DNA of 33,661 nt, from the IMG/VR virus record IMGVR_UViG_3300030376_007572, positions 1 through 33,661 of that record. One strand, written 5' to 3'. Each line of letters starts with the position of its first letter. The stretch's first letter is position 1. Of the stretch, positions 33,639-33,661 are shown piece after piece. Below the pieces are notes generated by a model. The model was given only the letters and a program-made list of their open reading frames with translations. It did not search any database and was not told where the DNA came from. Source of the DNA: a virus (Duplodnaviria; Caudoviricetes). The translations under genes were made by a program, and so were the position numbers.

Positions 33639-33661
33639 AAGTTTAATCATATGACAACAAT

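Overview
AT-rich segment of a tailed dsDNA bacteriophage genome, most like a Crassvirales-related (crAss-like) podovirus of Bacteroidota. The host call rests on TAnnTTTG promoter elements and A-rich starts without Shine-Dalgarno sites. The left arm (about 1-8140, mostly minus strand) holds small early/replication-type genes: an unlisted DnaA C-terminal-like HTH protein, a NinB-like protein, an SF2 helicase, an HNH nuclease, a candidate SSB, an HTH protein and a tRNA-Arg(UCU). It also contains a roughly 1.1 kb poorly coding stretch that is dense in RNA-like structure. After a strand switch at about 8140-8340 comes a long plus-strand late block. It encodes an odd Arg-rich protein with an HExxH motif, a thermonuclease, a YkuD-like cell-wall enzyme, an HU-like protein, a Cys-rich protein, a PD-(D/E)XK nuclease and GroES. 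These are followed by terminase, portal, a scaffold-like protein, major capsid, ring/adaptor, Cys-rich tail/fibre proteins, a metallophosphoesterase and a second HU-like gene. The most interesting unexplained signals are four. (i) A multi-stem structured element lies directly upstream of the tRNA. (ii) A 15-nt hairpin recurs exactly in two unrelated 5' leaders 16 kb apart, and one copy sits beside a compact pseudoknot. (iii) A phage-specific TTTGTATATTATnnnGTA motif recurs in front of the late transcription units. (iv) The first late gene combines a compressed DUF4157/eCIS-core-like zincin motif with a 37% Arg helical tail. All product calls come from visual motif recognition; no database searches were run.
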